Assembly (NCBI GenBank): GCA_965112635.1
Contig: OZ218778.1
Coordinates: forward strand, 1,312,001-1,376,000
Reading direction: 5' to 3'
From: an uncultured bacterium
Lineage (GTDB): Bacteria; Oederibacteriota; Oederibacteriia; Oederibacteriales; Oederibacteriaceae
Length of the DNA stretch: 64,000 nucleotides
Notes under the pieces: model-generated
What the model saw: only the letters and a program-made list of their open reading frames with translations
What the model was told of the DNA's origin: nothing
Databases searched by the model: none
Position numbers and translations under genes: made by a program
Shown: positions 28,250 to 37,995 of the stretch, one piece after another
How positions within the stretch are numbered: the first letter of the stretch is position 1
Layout: each line of letters starts with the position of its first letter

Positions 28250-30325
28250 TTGCCAGCAAAAATAAGCCGTAGCCGGCTCATCATCCTGTTCGTGCTCGTG
28301 GTATGCAGTTTTGCGACCTTGCTCGTGCGCTTGGCCTATTTGCAGGTTTGGAGACATTCGTTCTTGACCGAACTCGCCTCCAAGCAACAGGTCCGGAATC
28401 TCGAAGTGGGTTCGGAGCGGGGCAAGATCATGGATCGGCACGGAGAGAATCTGGCGTTGAGCATCGAGATGTCGTCCGTCATAGCCCATCCCAACGGGAT
28501 CAAGGATAAATGGACCACCGCCAAAACCCTTTCGCCCCTCTTGGGGATGAAAGTTCAGGAGATACTGAGAGCTTTCGCCAGTGACCGCTTCGTCTGGCTC
28601 AAACGGCGCATCCCTTTAGCCAAAGCTCAGGCCATCCAAAACTGCAAGCTCACCGGCATCGAACTGATCAAAGAGTCGCAAAGGTTTTATCCCCAAAAAG
28701 ACCTGGCCTGCCATGTGCTAGGTTTTGTCGGCAATGACCAGGATGGCCTAGAGGGAGTGGAGCTTGTCTGCAATAAATTCCTCAAAGGACGGCCGGGCGT
28801 CATCTGGTCTGAGCAGGACGCCAAAGGCCGCATGCTCCTTTCCAGCCAGGAACTACACCGGCAGGCCGTGCCTGGCTGGGACGTCCGGTTGACCCTGGAC
28901 GCCGTGGTCCAGCAGGCCGCCGAACGGGAACTTTTGGCCTCTTTCGAAAAATATCATTGTCGCCAGGGTTCCGTGATTGTCATCAACCCCAAGAACGGCG
29001 AGATCCTGGCCTTGGCCAACCTGCCTTCCTATGACCCGAACCATTTCAGCGAGTACAAAGAAGAGGTCAGGCGTAATGCTTCCCTGTCCGACAGCTATGA
29101 GCCCGGATCGACCTTCAAGATCATCACGGCCGCGGCACTTTTGGACAAGAATCTTGTCAAGGAAGACGACCAGTTCTTCTGCGAAAACGGCAAATACGTC
29201 ATTCCGCTGCGCCGGAATAAGGTTCACGTCGTTCACGACCACGAGAAGGAGCAGTGGCTGACCTTTCGTGAGGTCATTGAGAAATCCAGTAATATCGGCA
29301 TGGTCAAAGCGGCCAGCCGGCTGGGCAGCCAGGGGATGTTCCAGTACGCCAAGCTTTTCGGCTTTGGTGAGAAGACCGGTATAGACCTGCCTGGCGAGGC
29401 CAGCGGACTTTTGAGGCCTGTGGAAAAGTGGTCCGGAGTTTCCATGTACTCCATCCCCTACGGCCAGGAGATCTCGGTCACTCCGATCCAGCTCTTGGAC
29501 GCGGTCTGTTTGATCGCCAACCGTGGCAAGAAGATCACGCCGCACATCATCAAAAGCGTGATTGACCCGGAGGGCAATGAGGTGGAGGTTGCGGCGACAG
29601 GACAGCTGAGCCCCAAAGCAGTGACCGAACAAACAGGATGGAGGGGCTTGGTGGCAGACCTGAAAAAATTATTTACACGCGACGACAATAAGATACTGAT
29701 CTCCGGGAAGACCTGCGAAAGGGTCAACGAGATCCTCAAAGGGGTCGTGGAGGAGGGAACCGGCACTGAAGCGGCCTTGCCCGGCTACGAGATAGCCGGC
29801 AAGACTGGAACAGCGGAAAAGGTGGATGCCGCAACCAGAGGCTACGCTAAGGGCAAATATGTAGCCTCTTTTATCGGCTACCTGCCCGCCAACGACCCGC
29901 AACTGGCGGTCCTGGTCGTCCTCGATGAACCGCGGGGAGTAATCTGGGGCGGTACCGTTGCAGCGCCTGTCTTCAGGGAGATTACCAAGTCCTGCATCCT
30001 GGCGATGAACATCTTTCCCAACGAAGTCACCAAAGATTCCACCTCGGTCGTGGAAAAGGAAAAGCCCGCCCCCAAAGAGGGTTTCTTTGCCAGGCTGGCC
30101 AGGAAAATGCCGATCGCACAACCGCAAGTTTTTGGGAACCAAAAATTCAGAATGCCCAACCTCAGCGGTAAGACCATGAAGAGTGCCTGGGTGGCTTTAA
30201 AAGAATATCCCATGAAGCTTGTCTTTTCCGGGACCGGGTTGGTCGTTCAGCAGTTTCCCCTGCCGGGCAGGGAAGTCAGCGGGGGTATGACCTGTACTTT
30301 AAAATTCGCTCCCAATATCAAGTGA
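28250..30325 (+). CDS. ftsI: Class B penicillin-binding protein with C-terminal PASTA domain
   Basis: RGKIMDR, EPGSTFK, SSN, KTGT; MPNLSG...QFPLPG PASTA. Confidence 0.92.
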   Translation: MPAKISRSRLIILFVLVVCSFATLLVRLAYLQVWRHSFLTELASKQQVRNLEVGSERGKIMDRHGENLALSIEMSSVIAHPNGIKDKWTTAKTLSPLLGMKVQEILRAFASDRFVWLKRRIPLAKAQAIQNCKLTGIELIKESQRFYPQKDLACHVLGFVGNDQDGLEGVELVCNKFLKGRPGVIWSEQDAKGRMLLSSQELHRQAVPGWDVRLTLDAVVQQAAERELLASFEKYHCRQGSVIVINPKNGEILALANLPSYDPNHFSEYKEEVRRNASLSDSYEPGSTFKIITAAALLDKNLVKEDDQFFCENGKYVIPLRRNKVHVVHDHEKEQWLTFREVIEKSSNIGMVKAASRLGSQGMFQYAKLFGFGEKTGIDLPGEASGLLRPVEKWSGVSMYSIPYGQEISVTPIQLLDAVCLIANRGKKITPHIIKSVIDPEGNEVEVAATGQLSPKAVTEQTGWRGLVADLKKLFTRDDNKILISGKTCERVNEILKGVVEEGTGTEAALPGYEIAGKTGTAEKVDAATRGYAKGKYVASFIGYLPANDPQLAVLVVLDEPRGVIWGGTVAAPVFREITKSCILAMNIFPNEVTKDSTSVVEKEKPAPKEGFFARLARKMPIAQPQVFGNQKFRMPNLSGKTMKSAWVALKEYPMKLVFSGTGLVVQQFPLPGREVSGGMTCTLKFAPNIK

Positions 30326-30338
30326 AGGCGGACGAGGA

Positions 30339-31859
30339 GTGTTGATGAATAAGGTTAAGGCGGGTGCGGGGGTTGCGATAAGGAGTTTGGCGGAGTGCTT
30401 GGCTCACAGCACCCTGGTCGGGCAGCCTGGCACGCTTGTCAAAGGGCTTGCGGAACATTCTCAAAAAGTAAAACGCGGGGACGCCTTTTTTAGCATCCGG
30501 GGAGCCAAGGACGACGGCGACCGTTATTTGAAGGAAGTCGTTAAAAAAGGAGCTGCGGTTTTGGTGCTGGACCGCTGGCATCCGGATTTTAAGGGCATCA
30601 CCCAGCTGGTGGTGCCTGAGGTCAAACAGGCCCTTTCCAGATTGGCCGGTTATTTTTATGGTTTTCCGTCCACTAGGTTAAAAGTGGTCGGAGTGACTGG
30701 AACGAATGGCAAGACCACCACGACCTATCTGATCGAGGCGGTCTTGAAAGAAGCTGGGAAGAAAGTGGGGGTGATAGGCACCATCGCTTACCGTCTTGGC
30801 GGGAAAGTATATCAGGCACCAAACACAACCCCTTCGTCCCTGATGCTGCAGGAGATGATGGCGGAAATGGTCTCAAGGAAAATGAGCCATCTGGTGATGG
30901 AAGTTTCTTCCCATGCCCTGGCCCAGGGCCGGGTGGAGGGCTGTGCTTTTGAGGCTGGAGTTTACACCAACCTGACCCAGGACCATTTGGATTACCATCA
31001 CAACATGAAAGAGTACAGGGAGGCAAAAGCCAAGTTGTTCCGGATGCTGGAAGAGCAGTCGCAAAAAGGGGCGCGGAAGACAGCGGTCTTAAACCAAGAT
31101 GACCCAGCCTCCGTTTATTTCCAAAAGCTCTGCCCCCACGCCAGACACATCACTTATGGATTTCATCGCCGAGCTATGGTGAGACCGTTGCAGTGGGAGT
31201 TGCCCCCCGAAGGGGTCCGGTTCTTGGCAAAGACCCCGTGGGGCAAACAGGAATTCCACCTGGCTTTAGTGGGCAGGTTCAATATCTCCAACGCGCTGGC
31301 CGCCATTGCCACCGGTGGGGCTTTGGGTATCCCTTTGCGGACCATGGCCAGAGGATTGGGAAAAGTCCAGTTCGTGCCGGGCCGCTTTGAGCGCGTCCCT
31401 TTCAAAAAGGGGATCGCGGTCATCGTGGATTTTGCGCATACTCCGGACGCGCTTTCCAAACTGCTGGATACCGCCAGAGAGATGTGTCCAGGCAGGATTA
31501 TCACCGTCTTCGGTTGCGGGGGTGACCGGGACCGCAAAAAAAGGCCATTGATGGCTAGGGTGGTCTCCACCAAAGGCGATTACTGTGTCCTTACTTCGGA
31601 TAATCCCAGGACCGAGGACCCCAAGGCTATCCTCAGAGAAGTTGAAAAAGGGATCGTCGCTGCGGCCAGGAGCCCAAAATCTTTCGAGGTTATCGTGGAC
31701 AGAAAAAAAGCGGTTTTTAAGGCGCTGAGTTTAGCCTGCCCCGGGGATATCGTGCTCATTGCGGGTAAGGGTCACGAGAACTACCAGATCATTGGAAACA
31801 AGCGCTATCCCTACAATGATAAAGAAGTGGTCAAAGAATATTTAAAGAGAAAGCGTTGA
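30339..31859 (+). CDS. murE: UDP-MurNAc-tripeptide synthetase (meso-DAP type)
   Basis: GTNGKTT, MEVSSH, DFAHTPD, GCGGDRD, DNPR, AGKGHE. Confidence 0.96.
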   Translation: MLMNKVKAGAGVAIRSLAECLAHSTLVGQPGTLVKGLAEHSQKVKRGDAFFSIRGAKDDGDRYLKEVVKKGAAVLVLDRWHPDFKGITQLVVPEVKQALSRLAGYFYGFPSTRLKVVGVTGTNGKTTTTYLIEAVLKEAGKKVGVIGTIAYRLGGKVYQAPNTTPSSLMLQEMMAEMVSRKMSHLVMEVSSHALAQGRVEGCAFEAGVYTNLTQDHLDYHHNMKEYREAKAKLFRMLEEQSQKGARKTAVLNQDDPASVYFQKLCPHARHITYGFHRRAMVRPLQWELPPEGVRFLAKTPWGKQEFHLALVGRFNISNALAAIATGGALGIPLRTMARGLGKVQFVPGRFERVPFKKGIAVIVDFAHTPDALSKLLDTAREMCPGRIITVFGCGGDRDRKKRPLMARVVSTKGDYCVLTSDNPRTEDPKAILREVEKGIVAAARSPKSFEVIVDRKKAVFKALSLACPGDIVLIAGKGHENYQIIGNKRYPYNDKEVVKEYLKRKR

Positions 31860-31869
31860 CGGAGATCTT

Positions 31870-33258
31870 ATGGAAAAGAAATTTTTCACAGTCCAAAATT
31901 TTCTGGACCTGACCCATGGCCGGCTAGTCTCGGGGAAAACAGAGACAGTCCTGGGGAAAATCAGCACAGACAGCAGGAAGATCAAAAAGGGGGAGTTCTT
32001 CGTGGCTTTGACGGGAAAGAATTTCAACGGCCACAGGTTCGTGGCGCAAGTCAGGCAGAAAGGCGCTTGCGGAGCCCTGATCTCTGAGCCTTTGCAGACT
32101 AGCCTGCCCGCTTCCTTTGTGCTGATCCGGGTGGCCGACACTCTGCGGGCGCTGCAGGACCTGGCCCAGGGTTACCGTTTGTATTTCGCGGTGCCGCTTA
32201 TCGCCATCACGGGCAGCTGCGGCAAGACTACGACTAAAGAAATGGCCAGCCATATCCTGGGTCAGAAAAAGAAAGTGCTCAAGAACGAAGGCAACCTGAA
32301 CAACCAGATCGGCGTGCCTTTGACCCTTTTTAGGCTCAACGCCAGCTATGAAGCGGCTGTCCTGGAGCTGGCCATGAGCGCCAAGGGAGAGATCAGGAGG
32401 CTGACCGAGGTTTCTTCTCCTGATGTCGGAGCCGTGACCAATGTGGCGGCGGCGCATCTGCAGTTCTTAAAAACTTTGGACGGGGTCGCCCAAGCCAAAA
32501 GCGAACTTCCCCAAGCTTTGGAGGAGGGCAAGACCCTGGTCCTCAACCGGGATGACCCGAGGGTTTGGGAGATGAGGCGTTACAGCAAGGGAGAGTTGAT
32601 CAGTTTTGGATTACAAAAAGATTGCCGGGTCAGGGGTGAACGATTAAAGCCCACCCGCGGGGGAGGGATCAGTTTCCAGTTAGTTACCGGCGGCGGGCTG
32701 ACCATGGTCAACCTCCGGCAACCCGGAGCGCACCAGGTTTACAACGCCCTAGCTGCAGCGTCCTGCGCCATAGCTTTGGGAGCGACTTTGGCGGACATCA
32801 AAAAGGGGTTGGAAACCTTCAAACCTGTCCTTTCGGGTCGCTGGGAGAGGGTGAAGCTTCAGGGGGTGAATTTCATCAACGATTCTTATAATGCCAACCC
32901 GTTTTCCATGGGAGCCGCCCTTGCGGCTTTCCATCAGGAAAAAGCCAGGGGCGGACGCAAGATCGCGGTGCTGGGAGAAATGAAGGAGCTGGGTAAAGAG
33001 ACCAAGAAGCTCCACCGTGAAGTCGGTAAAAAAGCGGTCCAAGCCAGCCTGTTCGGACTGCTGACCGTAGGCAAGATGGGAAAAGAGATCGCCAGAGCCG
33101 CCCGGAGAGAGGGGCTGGCCAATACCTTATGTTTCCAAGACCCGCAAGAAGCTGGTTTGGCCCTGCGGGAATTGGCCAAAGCCAAAGATGTCGTGTTTTT
33201 AAAAGCTTCCAGGGCGGTAGGCCTGGAAAAAATCTTAGAGACATTCAAGGAACATTGA
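31870..33258 (+). CDS. murF: UDP-MurNAc-pentapeptide synthetase
   Basis: TDSR, GSCGKTTTKE, NNQIGVP, DSYNANP, KASR. Confidence 0.95.
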   Translation: MEKKFFTVQNFLDLTHGRLVSGKTETVLGKISTDSRKIKKGEFFVALTGKNFNGHRFVAQVRQKGACGALISEPLQTSLPASFVLIRVADTLRALQDLAQGYRLYFAVPLIAITGSCGKTTTKEMASHILGQKKKVLKNEGNLNNQIGVPLTLFRLNASYEAAVLELAMSAKGEIRRLTEVSSPDVGAVTNVAAAHLQFLKTLDGVAQAKSELPQALEEGKTLVLNRDDPRVWEMRRYSKGELISFGLQKDCRVRGERLKPTRGGGISFQLVTGGGLTMVNLRQPGAHQVYNALAAASCAIALGATLADIKKGLETFKPVLSGRWERVKLQGVNFINDSYNANPFSMGAALAAFHQEKARGGRKIAVLGEMKELGKETKKLHREVGKKAVQASLFGLLTVGKMGKEIARAARREGLANTLCFQDPQEAGLALRELAKAKDVVFLKASRAVGLEKILETFKEH

Positions 33259-33276
33259 ACCGAAGGGGGGAGGAGC

Positions 33277-34362
33277 ATGCTCTATTACTGGTTATATCCC
33301 TTGCATGAGAAGCTGCACGTCCTGAACGTTTTCCGCTACATCACGTTCAGGTCCGTTTACGCAGCCATTACGGCGTTCTTGATCTGCCTTCTCTTGGGAG
33401 GATGGTTGATTAAGGTCCTTAGAAACGCGAAATTCTCCCAACCCATCCGTTCCGACGGACCCCAGGCCCATCAGGGCAAGCAGGGGACTCCCACGATGGG
33501 GGGGTTGTTGATCGTGATGGCGGTGATCTTTTCCTCGGCGCTATGGGGCAAGCTGCAGAACCCCATGCTTCTCCTGGTCTGTTTTGCCATGGTCTGGTTC
33601 GGCGGAGTAGGATTTGTCGACGACCTGCTTAAATTGATCTTCAAAGGGTCCAAGGGTCTTAGGGCCTGGCAAAAGATCGTGCTGCAAACGGTTGGGTCGG
33701 TCATCGTTGTCCTTTTGTACCTCAATTTTTTGCCGGCGGACTATCCCTATTCCACTTCTGTAATCTTCCCGTTCGTCAAAGAACCGGTGCGGCTGGAATG
33801 GACTTATTTTGCCTTTACGACGCTGGTCCTGGTCGGCGCCTCCAACGCCGTTAACCTGACCGACGGCCTGGACGGGCTGGCCATAGGCTCGTCGCTTTTA
33901 TCCACCCTGGCTTTTACCGTCATCACCTATCTCGTGGGAAATGTCAAATACAGCCAGTACCTGCACATCCTCTATGTCCCCAATTCCAGCGAGCTAACGG
34001 TCTTTTGCGCGGCCCTGGCCGGGGCGAGTTTGGGATTCCTCTGGTTCAACACTTATCCTGCCCAGGTTTTCATGGGCGATACCGGTTCCCTGGCTCTGGG
34101 CGGTGCGCTGGGGACGGTCGCGGTCATCGTCAAACAGGAAGCCTTATTGGTCATCGTGGGCGGCATTTTCGTGCTGGAGGCCTTGTCTGTGATCTTGCAG
34201 GTGACCTCGTTCAAACTGAGGAAGAAAAGGATCTTCCGGATGGCCCCGCTTCACCACCATTTCGAACTGGGTGGCTTGAGTGAGCCAAAGGTCATCGTCC
34301 GGTTCTGGATCATGGCGATCATTCTATCGCTTTTGACCCTGAGCACTTTAAAGCTGAGGTAG
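33277..34362 (+). CDS. mraY: Phospho-MurNAc-pentapeptide translocase
   Basis: GTPTMGG, NLTDGLDGL, FMGDTGS, MAPLHHHFE. Confidence 0.97.
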   Translation: MLYYWLYPLHEKLHVLNVFRYITFRSVYAAITAFLICLLLGGWLIKVLRNAKFSQPIRSDGPQAHQGKQGTPTMGGLLIVMAVIFSSALWGKLQNPMLLLVCFAMVWFGGVGFVDDLLKLIFKGSKGLRAWQKIVLQTVGSVIVVLLYLNFLPADYPYSTSVIFPFVKEPVRLEWTYFAFTTLVLVGASNAVNLTDGLDGLAIGSSLLSTLAFTVITYLVGNVKYSQYLHILYVPNSSELTVFCAALAGASLGFLWFNTYPAQVFMGDTGSLALGGALGTVAVIVKQEALLVIVGGIFVLEALSVILQVTSFKLRKKRIFRMAPLHHHFELGGLSEPKVIVRFWIMAIILSLLTLSTLKLR

Positions 34363-34389
34363 AAAGACGGTCACAAAAAGAAAGGGATA

Positions 34390-35763
34390 TTGATGCTGGA
34401 TGTAAAAAACAAAAAAGTGACGGTCATGGGGTTCGGCAGGAGCGGCGTGGCCGCAGCCAGGCTGCTTTTAGAGCAGGGCGCCAAAGTGACCATCAGCGAC
34501 ATCAAAAGCAAGGTGGAGCTGGCCGAAGGTCTGAAGACCCTGGCCGGTTTTGAGTTCGAATGCGAGACCGGAGGGCATAAAGAGGAGACCCTGCGCCAGA
34601 GCGACCTGATCATCGTGGCGCCGGGTATCCCCCTGTCTTTGCCGGTCCTGAAAAAGGCACGAGAGACGGGAGTGCCCATATTCGGAGAGATCGAGCTGGC
34701 TTACCACTTCTGCGCCGCGCCAATCCTGGCGGTCACCGGCACTAAGGGCAAAACGACCACCTGCTCATGGACCGGCGAAATGCTCAGGAAAAGCGGTATT
34801 GAAACGGCTGTGGCCGGCAATATTGGCAACCTGGCTTTCAGCGCGGTGGCAAGCAGAATGAAACCCTCGGGCTGGGTGGTGCTGGAGGTCAGCAGTTTCC
34901 AGCTGGAAGGCACCGTGGAGTTCAACCCCAAACTGTGCGCCATTACCAACATCACGGCAGACCATCTGGACCGTTACGAGAACATCCAGCAGTACGTGGA
35001 GGCCAAGGCCTTGATCCTGCGCAACCAAAAGAAGGAAGACGTGGCGCTTTTAAACCAGGAAGACAAGTACACACCGCTTCTGGCTTCTCAGGCCAAGGGC
35101 AAGGTGCTTTATTTCAGCCGTGAAAAGGAGGTCAGTGAGGGTGCCTGTCTCAAGGACAAGACCATGGTCCTGCGCTTGAAAGGCAAGGAATATAAACTTG
35201 TGCCTGCCGCTGCCCTGTCTCTGAGGGGACCCCATAACATCGAGAACGGTTTGGTCGCCAGCACCCTGGCTTTCCTGGCCAGCGCGGACCCGGCCTATAT
35301 CTGCGAGAGTCTGCAAACCTTTAAAGGGGTGGAGCACCGCTTGGAGTTCGTCAGCGAGGTCAAAGGGGTAAGTTTTTACAATAATTCCCAGGGCACGAAC
35401 ATCGACGCGGTTGCCAAATCCCTTTTGAGCTTTGAGGAGCCTCTGCACGTGATCATGGGCGGCAGGGACAAGGGCGCGGATTTCACTGCGTTGAGGGATC
35501 TAGTTTCGGCCCGCGTCAAGACGGTCCTGGTCCTGGGCGAAGCCAAGGAAAAGATCAGGCAGAGCCTCCAGGGTGCCACACGCCTGGAGGAGGTCCAGGA
35601 CCTGGCTGAAGCGGTCCGCAAAGCCTTTGGCTTGAGCCGGCCCGGTGAAGTAGTCCTTTTGTCGCCGGCCTGCGCGAGTTTTGACATGTTCAAAAGTTAT
35701 GAGGAGCGAGGACAGGTGTTCAAGCAGGAAGTTTTTAAGCTCAAAAAGGAAGAGGAAAGATGA
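34390..35763 (+). CDS. murD: UDP-MurNAc-L-Ala:D-Glu ligase
   Basis: GTKGKTT, EVSSFQL, DHLDRY, VEHRLE, SPACASFDMF. Confidence 0.94.
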   Translation: MMLDVKNKKVTVMGFGRSGVAAARLLLEQGAKVTISDIKSKVELAEGLKTLAGFEFECETGGHKEETLRQSDLIIVAPGIPLSLPVLKKARETGVPIFGEIELAYHFCAAPILAVTGTKGKTTTCSWTGEMLRKSGIETAVAGNIGNLAFSAVASRMKPSGWVVLEVSSFQLEGTVEFNPKLCAITNITADHLDRYENIQQYVEAKALILRNQKKEDVALLNQEDKYTPLLASQAKGKVLYFSREKEVSEGACLKDKTMVLRLKGKEYKLVPAAALSLRGPHNIENGLVASTLAFLASADPAYICESLQTFKGVEHRLEFVSEVKGVSFYNNSQGTNIDAVAKSLLSFEEPLHVIMGGRDKGADFTALRDLVSARVKTVLVLGEAKEKIRQSLQGATRLEEVQDLAEAVRKAFGLSRPGEVVLLSPACASFDMFKSYEERGQVFKQEVFKLKKEEER

Positions 35764-36863
35764 GGAAAGGTTTTCCGGATATCTCTTTGTTCCTGGCGGT
35801 CCTAGTCCTGGTGGGGTTCGGGATGGTGATGGTGTATTCCACCAGCGCTATCCTGGCCAATGACCGCTACCATGACAGCGCCTATTTTCTCAAAAGGCAG
35901 GTCGTTTGGACTTTCATCGGTCTGGCGGCAATGGCTTTTGGCATGGTCGTAGATTATTCCAAATGGAGAGTGTGGGTCAAATTCATGCTGATCGCCTCCT
36001 GCGTGCTCCTTTTAGCGGTGCTCATCCCCGGGATCGGCAAGCGCGTCGGCGGGGCGAGGCGCTGGATCGGTTTTGCGTCACTGACCTTCCAGCCCAGCGA
36101 GATCGCCAAGCTCGGTCTCATCTTTTTCACGGCCAGCTGGCTGTCTAAAAAGGACGACCAAGTCAGGGATTTCTGGCAGGGGGTCATGCCTCCGGTCCTG
36201 GTCCTGGGCCTGATGTCGCTTTTGCTGTTGCGGCAGCCTGACCTGGGAACCACGGTGGTCCTAGCACTCATCGTCCTGGTGCTGTTGTTCGCGGCTGGGA
36301 TCAAGATATGGCATCTGCTGCTGCCCCTGGGAGCGATCATCCCCGCGGTCTATCTGTTGATCCTACGTGTCCCTTACCGCAGAGCCCGTATCCTGGCCTT
36401 TTGGGACCCCTGGAGCGATCCCTTGAAAAAAGGTTTTCAGATCATCCAGTCCATGATCGCGCTGGGATCCGGGGGGATCATGGGCGTAGGGCTGGGCGAA
36501 AGCAAACAAAAACTTTTTTATCTGCCCGAACCGCACACGGATTTCATCTTCGCCATTTTGGGCGAAGAACTTGGCCTGGCCGGCACGGTTCTTGTGACTT
36601 TACTATTTTTCTTTCTAGCGCTTAAAGGTTTTCAGATCGCATCCCGGGCACCGGATATGTTCGGCTGCCTGCTGGCCTGCGGGTTGACCTGTCTTTTGGG
36701 TCTGCAGGCGCTGGTCAATATCGGCGTGGTGGTGGGGTTGTTGCCCACCAAGGGCATCACATTACCCTTCATCAGTTTCGGGGGGTCCTCGCTGGTCCTG
36801 ACCCTTTTTGCCGCGGGGATCCTACTGAACATTTCCAGGACCCAGGTCAAGAGCAGGTTGTAG
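35760..36863 (+). CDS. ftsW: SEDS peptidoglycan polymerase FtsW
   Basis: GARRWI, QPSE, QPDLG, LPEPHTDFIF, LPFISFGGSS. Confidence 0.96.
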   Translation: MRKGFPDISLFLAVLVLVGFGMVMVYSTSAILANDRYHDSAYFLKRQVVWTFIGLAAMAFGMVVDYSKWRVWVKFMLIASCVLLLAVLIPGIGKRVGGARRWIGFASLTFQPSEIAKLGLIFFTASWLSKKDDQVRDFWQGVMPPVLVLGLMSLLLLRQPDLGTTVVLALIVLVLLFAAGIKIWHLLLPLGAIIPAVYLLILRVPYRRARILAFWDPWSDPLKKGFQIIQSMIALGSGGIMGVGLGESKQKLFYLPEPHTDFIFAILGEELGLAGTVLVTLLFFFLALKGFQIASRAPDMFGCLLACGLTCLLGLQALVNIGVVVGLLPTKGITLPFISFGGSSLVLTLFAAGILLNISRTQVKSRL

Positions 36864-36876
36864 AAAAAGAATTGAT

Positions 36877-37995
36877 ATGAAGGAGCGCAAGTTGAAATTG
36901 ATCGTATCAGGAGGCGGGACAGGAGGGCATATCTATCCCGCCATCGCCATTGCCAAGGAGGCCCAGCAGAGGCTCAAGGGCCTAGAGGTGGTTTTTGTGG
37001 GCACTTCCAAAGGCCTGGAAGCCTCGGTGGTCCCCAAGCAGGGGCTGGCTTTCAGGGCCATCACCGTGGAAGGGTGGCCCCGGGTGCTGTCCTGGAAGAT
37101 GGTGACCGCTTTTTTCAAGATGTTCAAGGGTTTTGGGGACTCCTGGAAAGTCCTCGGAGAGATCAAGCCCGATATCGTCATTGGCACGGGGGGGTATGTA
37201 TGCGGGCCGGTTGTGCTGGCCGCGATTTTGAGGGGTATCCCCACGATGCTGCATGAATCCAATCTTTCACCGGGCATGACCGTGAAGCTGCTTTCCCGGT
37301 TGGTCAGCAAGGTGCTGGTCTCTTTCGAGGAGACCAAAACAAAGATCGGCGGCTCAACTGTGCTGACAGGAACGCCTATCACCCCGGAGATCCTCAGGGT
37401 CCAGCGCCAGCGTTCTTACGAGGCATTCGGTTTCGACCCTGCCAAGCCCACGGTGTTCGTCCTGGGCGGGAGCCAGGGGGCGCACTCTATCAACCTGGCC
37501 ATGGTGGAAGCGCTGACCTTTTTGGCCGAGCACCAGCCGCCCCTGCAGGTACTTTTTATGACGGGGCTGAAGGATTACCAGTATGTGCTGGATGAATGCG
37601 AAAAAAATGCGCTCAAACCAGTGGTCAAATCGTTCCTTTATAACATGCCCGAGGCCTACGCGGTGGCAGACCTGGTGGTGTCCCGCGCCGGGGCCATGAC
37701 CGTGGCCGAGATTACGGCAAGGGGCATCCCGGCGGTGTTGATCCCTTACCCGCATTCGGCCAACCAGCACCAGGCCCGCAATGCGGAACTTCTGCGGGAC
37801 AAAGGGGCGGCTCAAATCATCGACGACAAAGATCTGTCCGGAGTGGTTTTGAGCAGGAAGATCAGCGAAATTTTGGGGAATGCCGAACAGCTTAAAAAGA
37901 TGGCCCAGGCCAGCAAGGCCCTGGGCAACCCCAAGGCCGGGGAAAAAATCGTGGCTGAGATCCAAAGTCTGTTGGAAGCGAGGAAAAAGAAGTGA
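36877..37995 (+). CDS. murG: Lipid II GlcNAc transferase
   Basis: GGGTGGHIYP, GTGGYV, GGSQGA, SRAGA, HQARNA. Confidence 0.96.
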   Translation: MKERKLKLIVSGGGTGGHIYPAIAIAKEAQQRLKGLEVVFVGTSKGLEASVVPKQGLAFRAITVEGWPRVLSWKMVTAFFKMFKGFGDSWKVLGEIKPDIVIGTGGYVCGPVVLAAILRGIPTMLHESNLSPGMTVKLLSRLVSKVLVSFEETKTKIGGSTVLTGTPITPEILRVQRQRSYEAFGFDPAKPTVFVLGGSQGAHSINLAMVEALTFLAEHQPPLQVLFMTGLKDYQYVLDECEKNALKPVVKSFLYNMPEAYAVADLVVSRAGAMTVAEITARGIPAVLIPYPHSANQHQARNAELLRDKGAAQIIDDKDLSGVVLSRKISEILGNAEQLKKMAQASKALGNPKAGEKIVAEIQSLLEARKKK

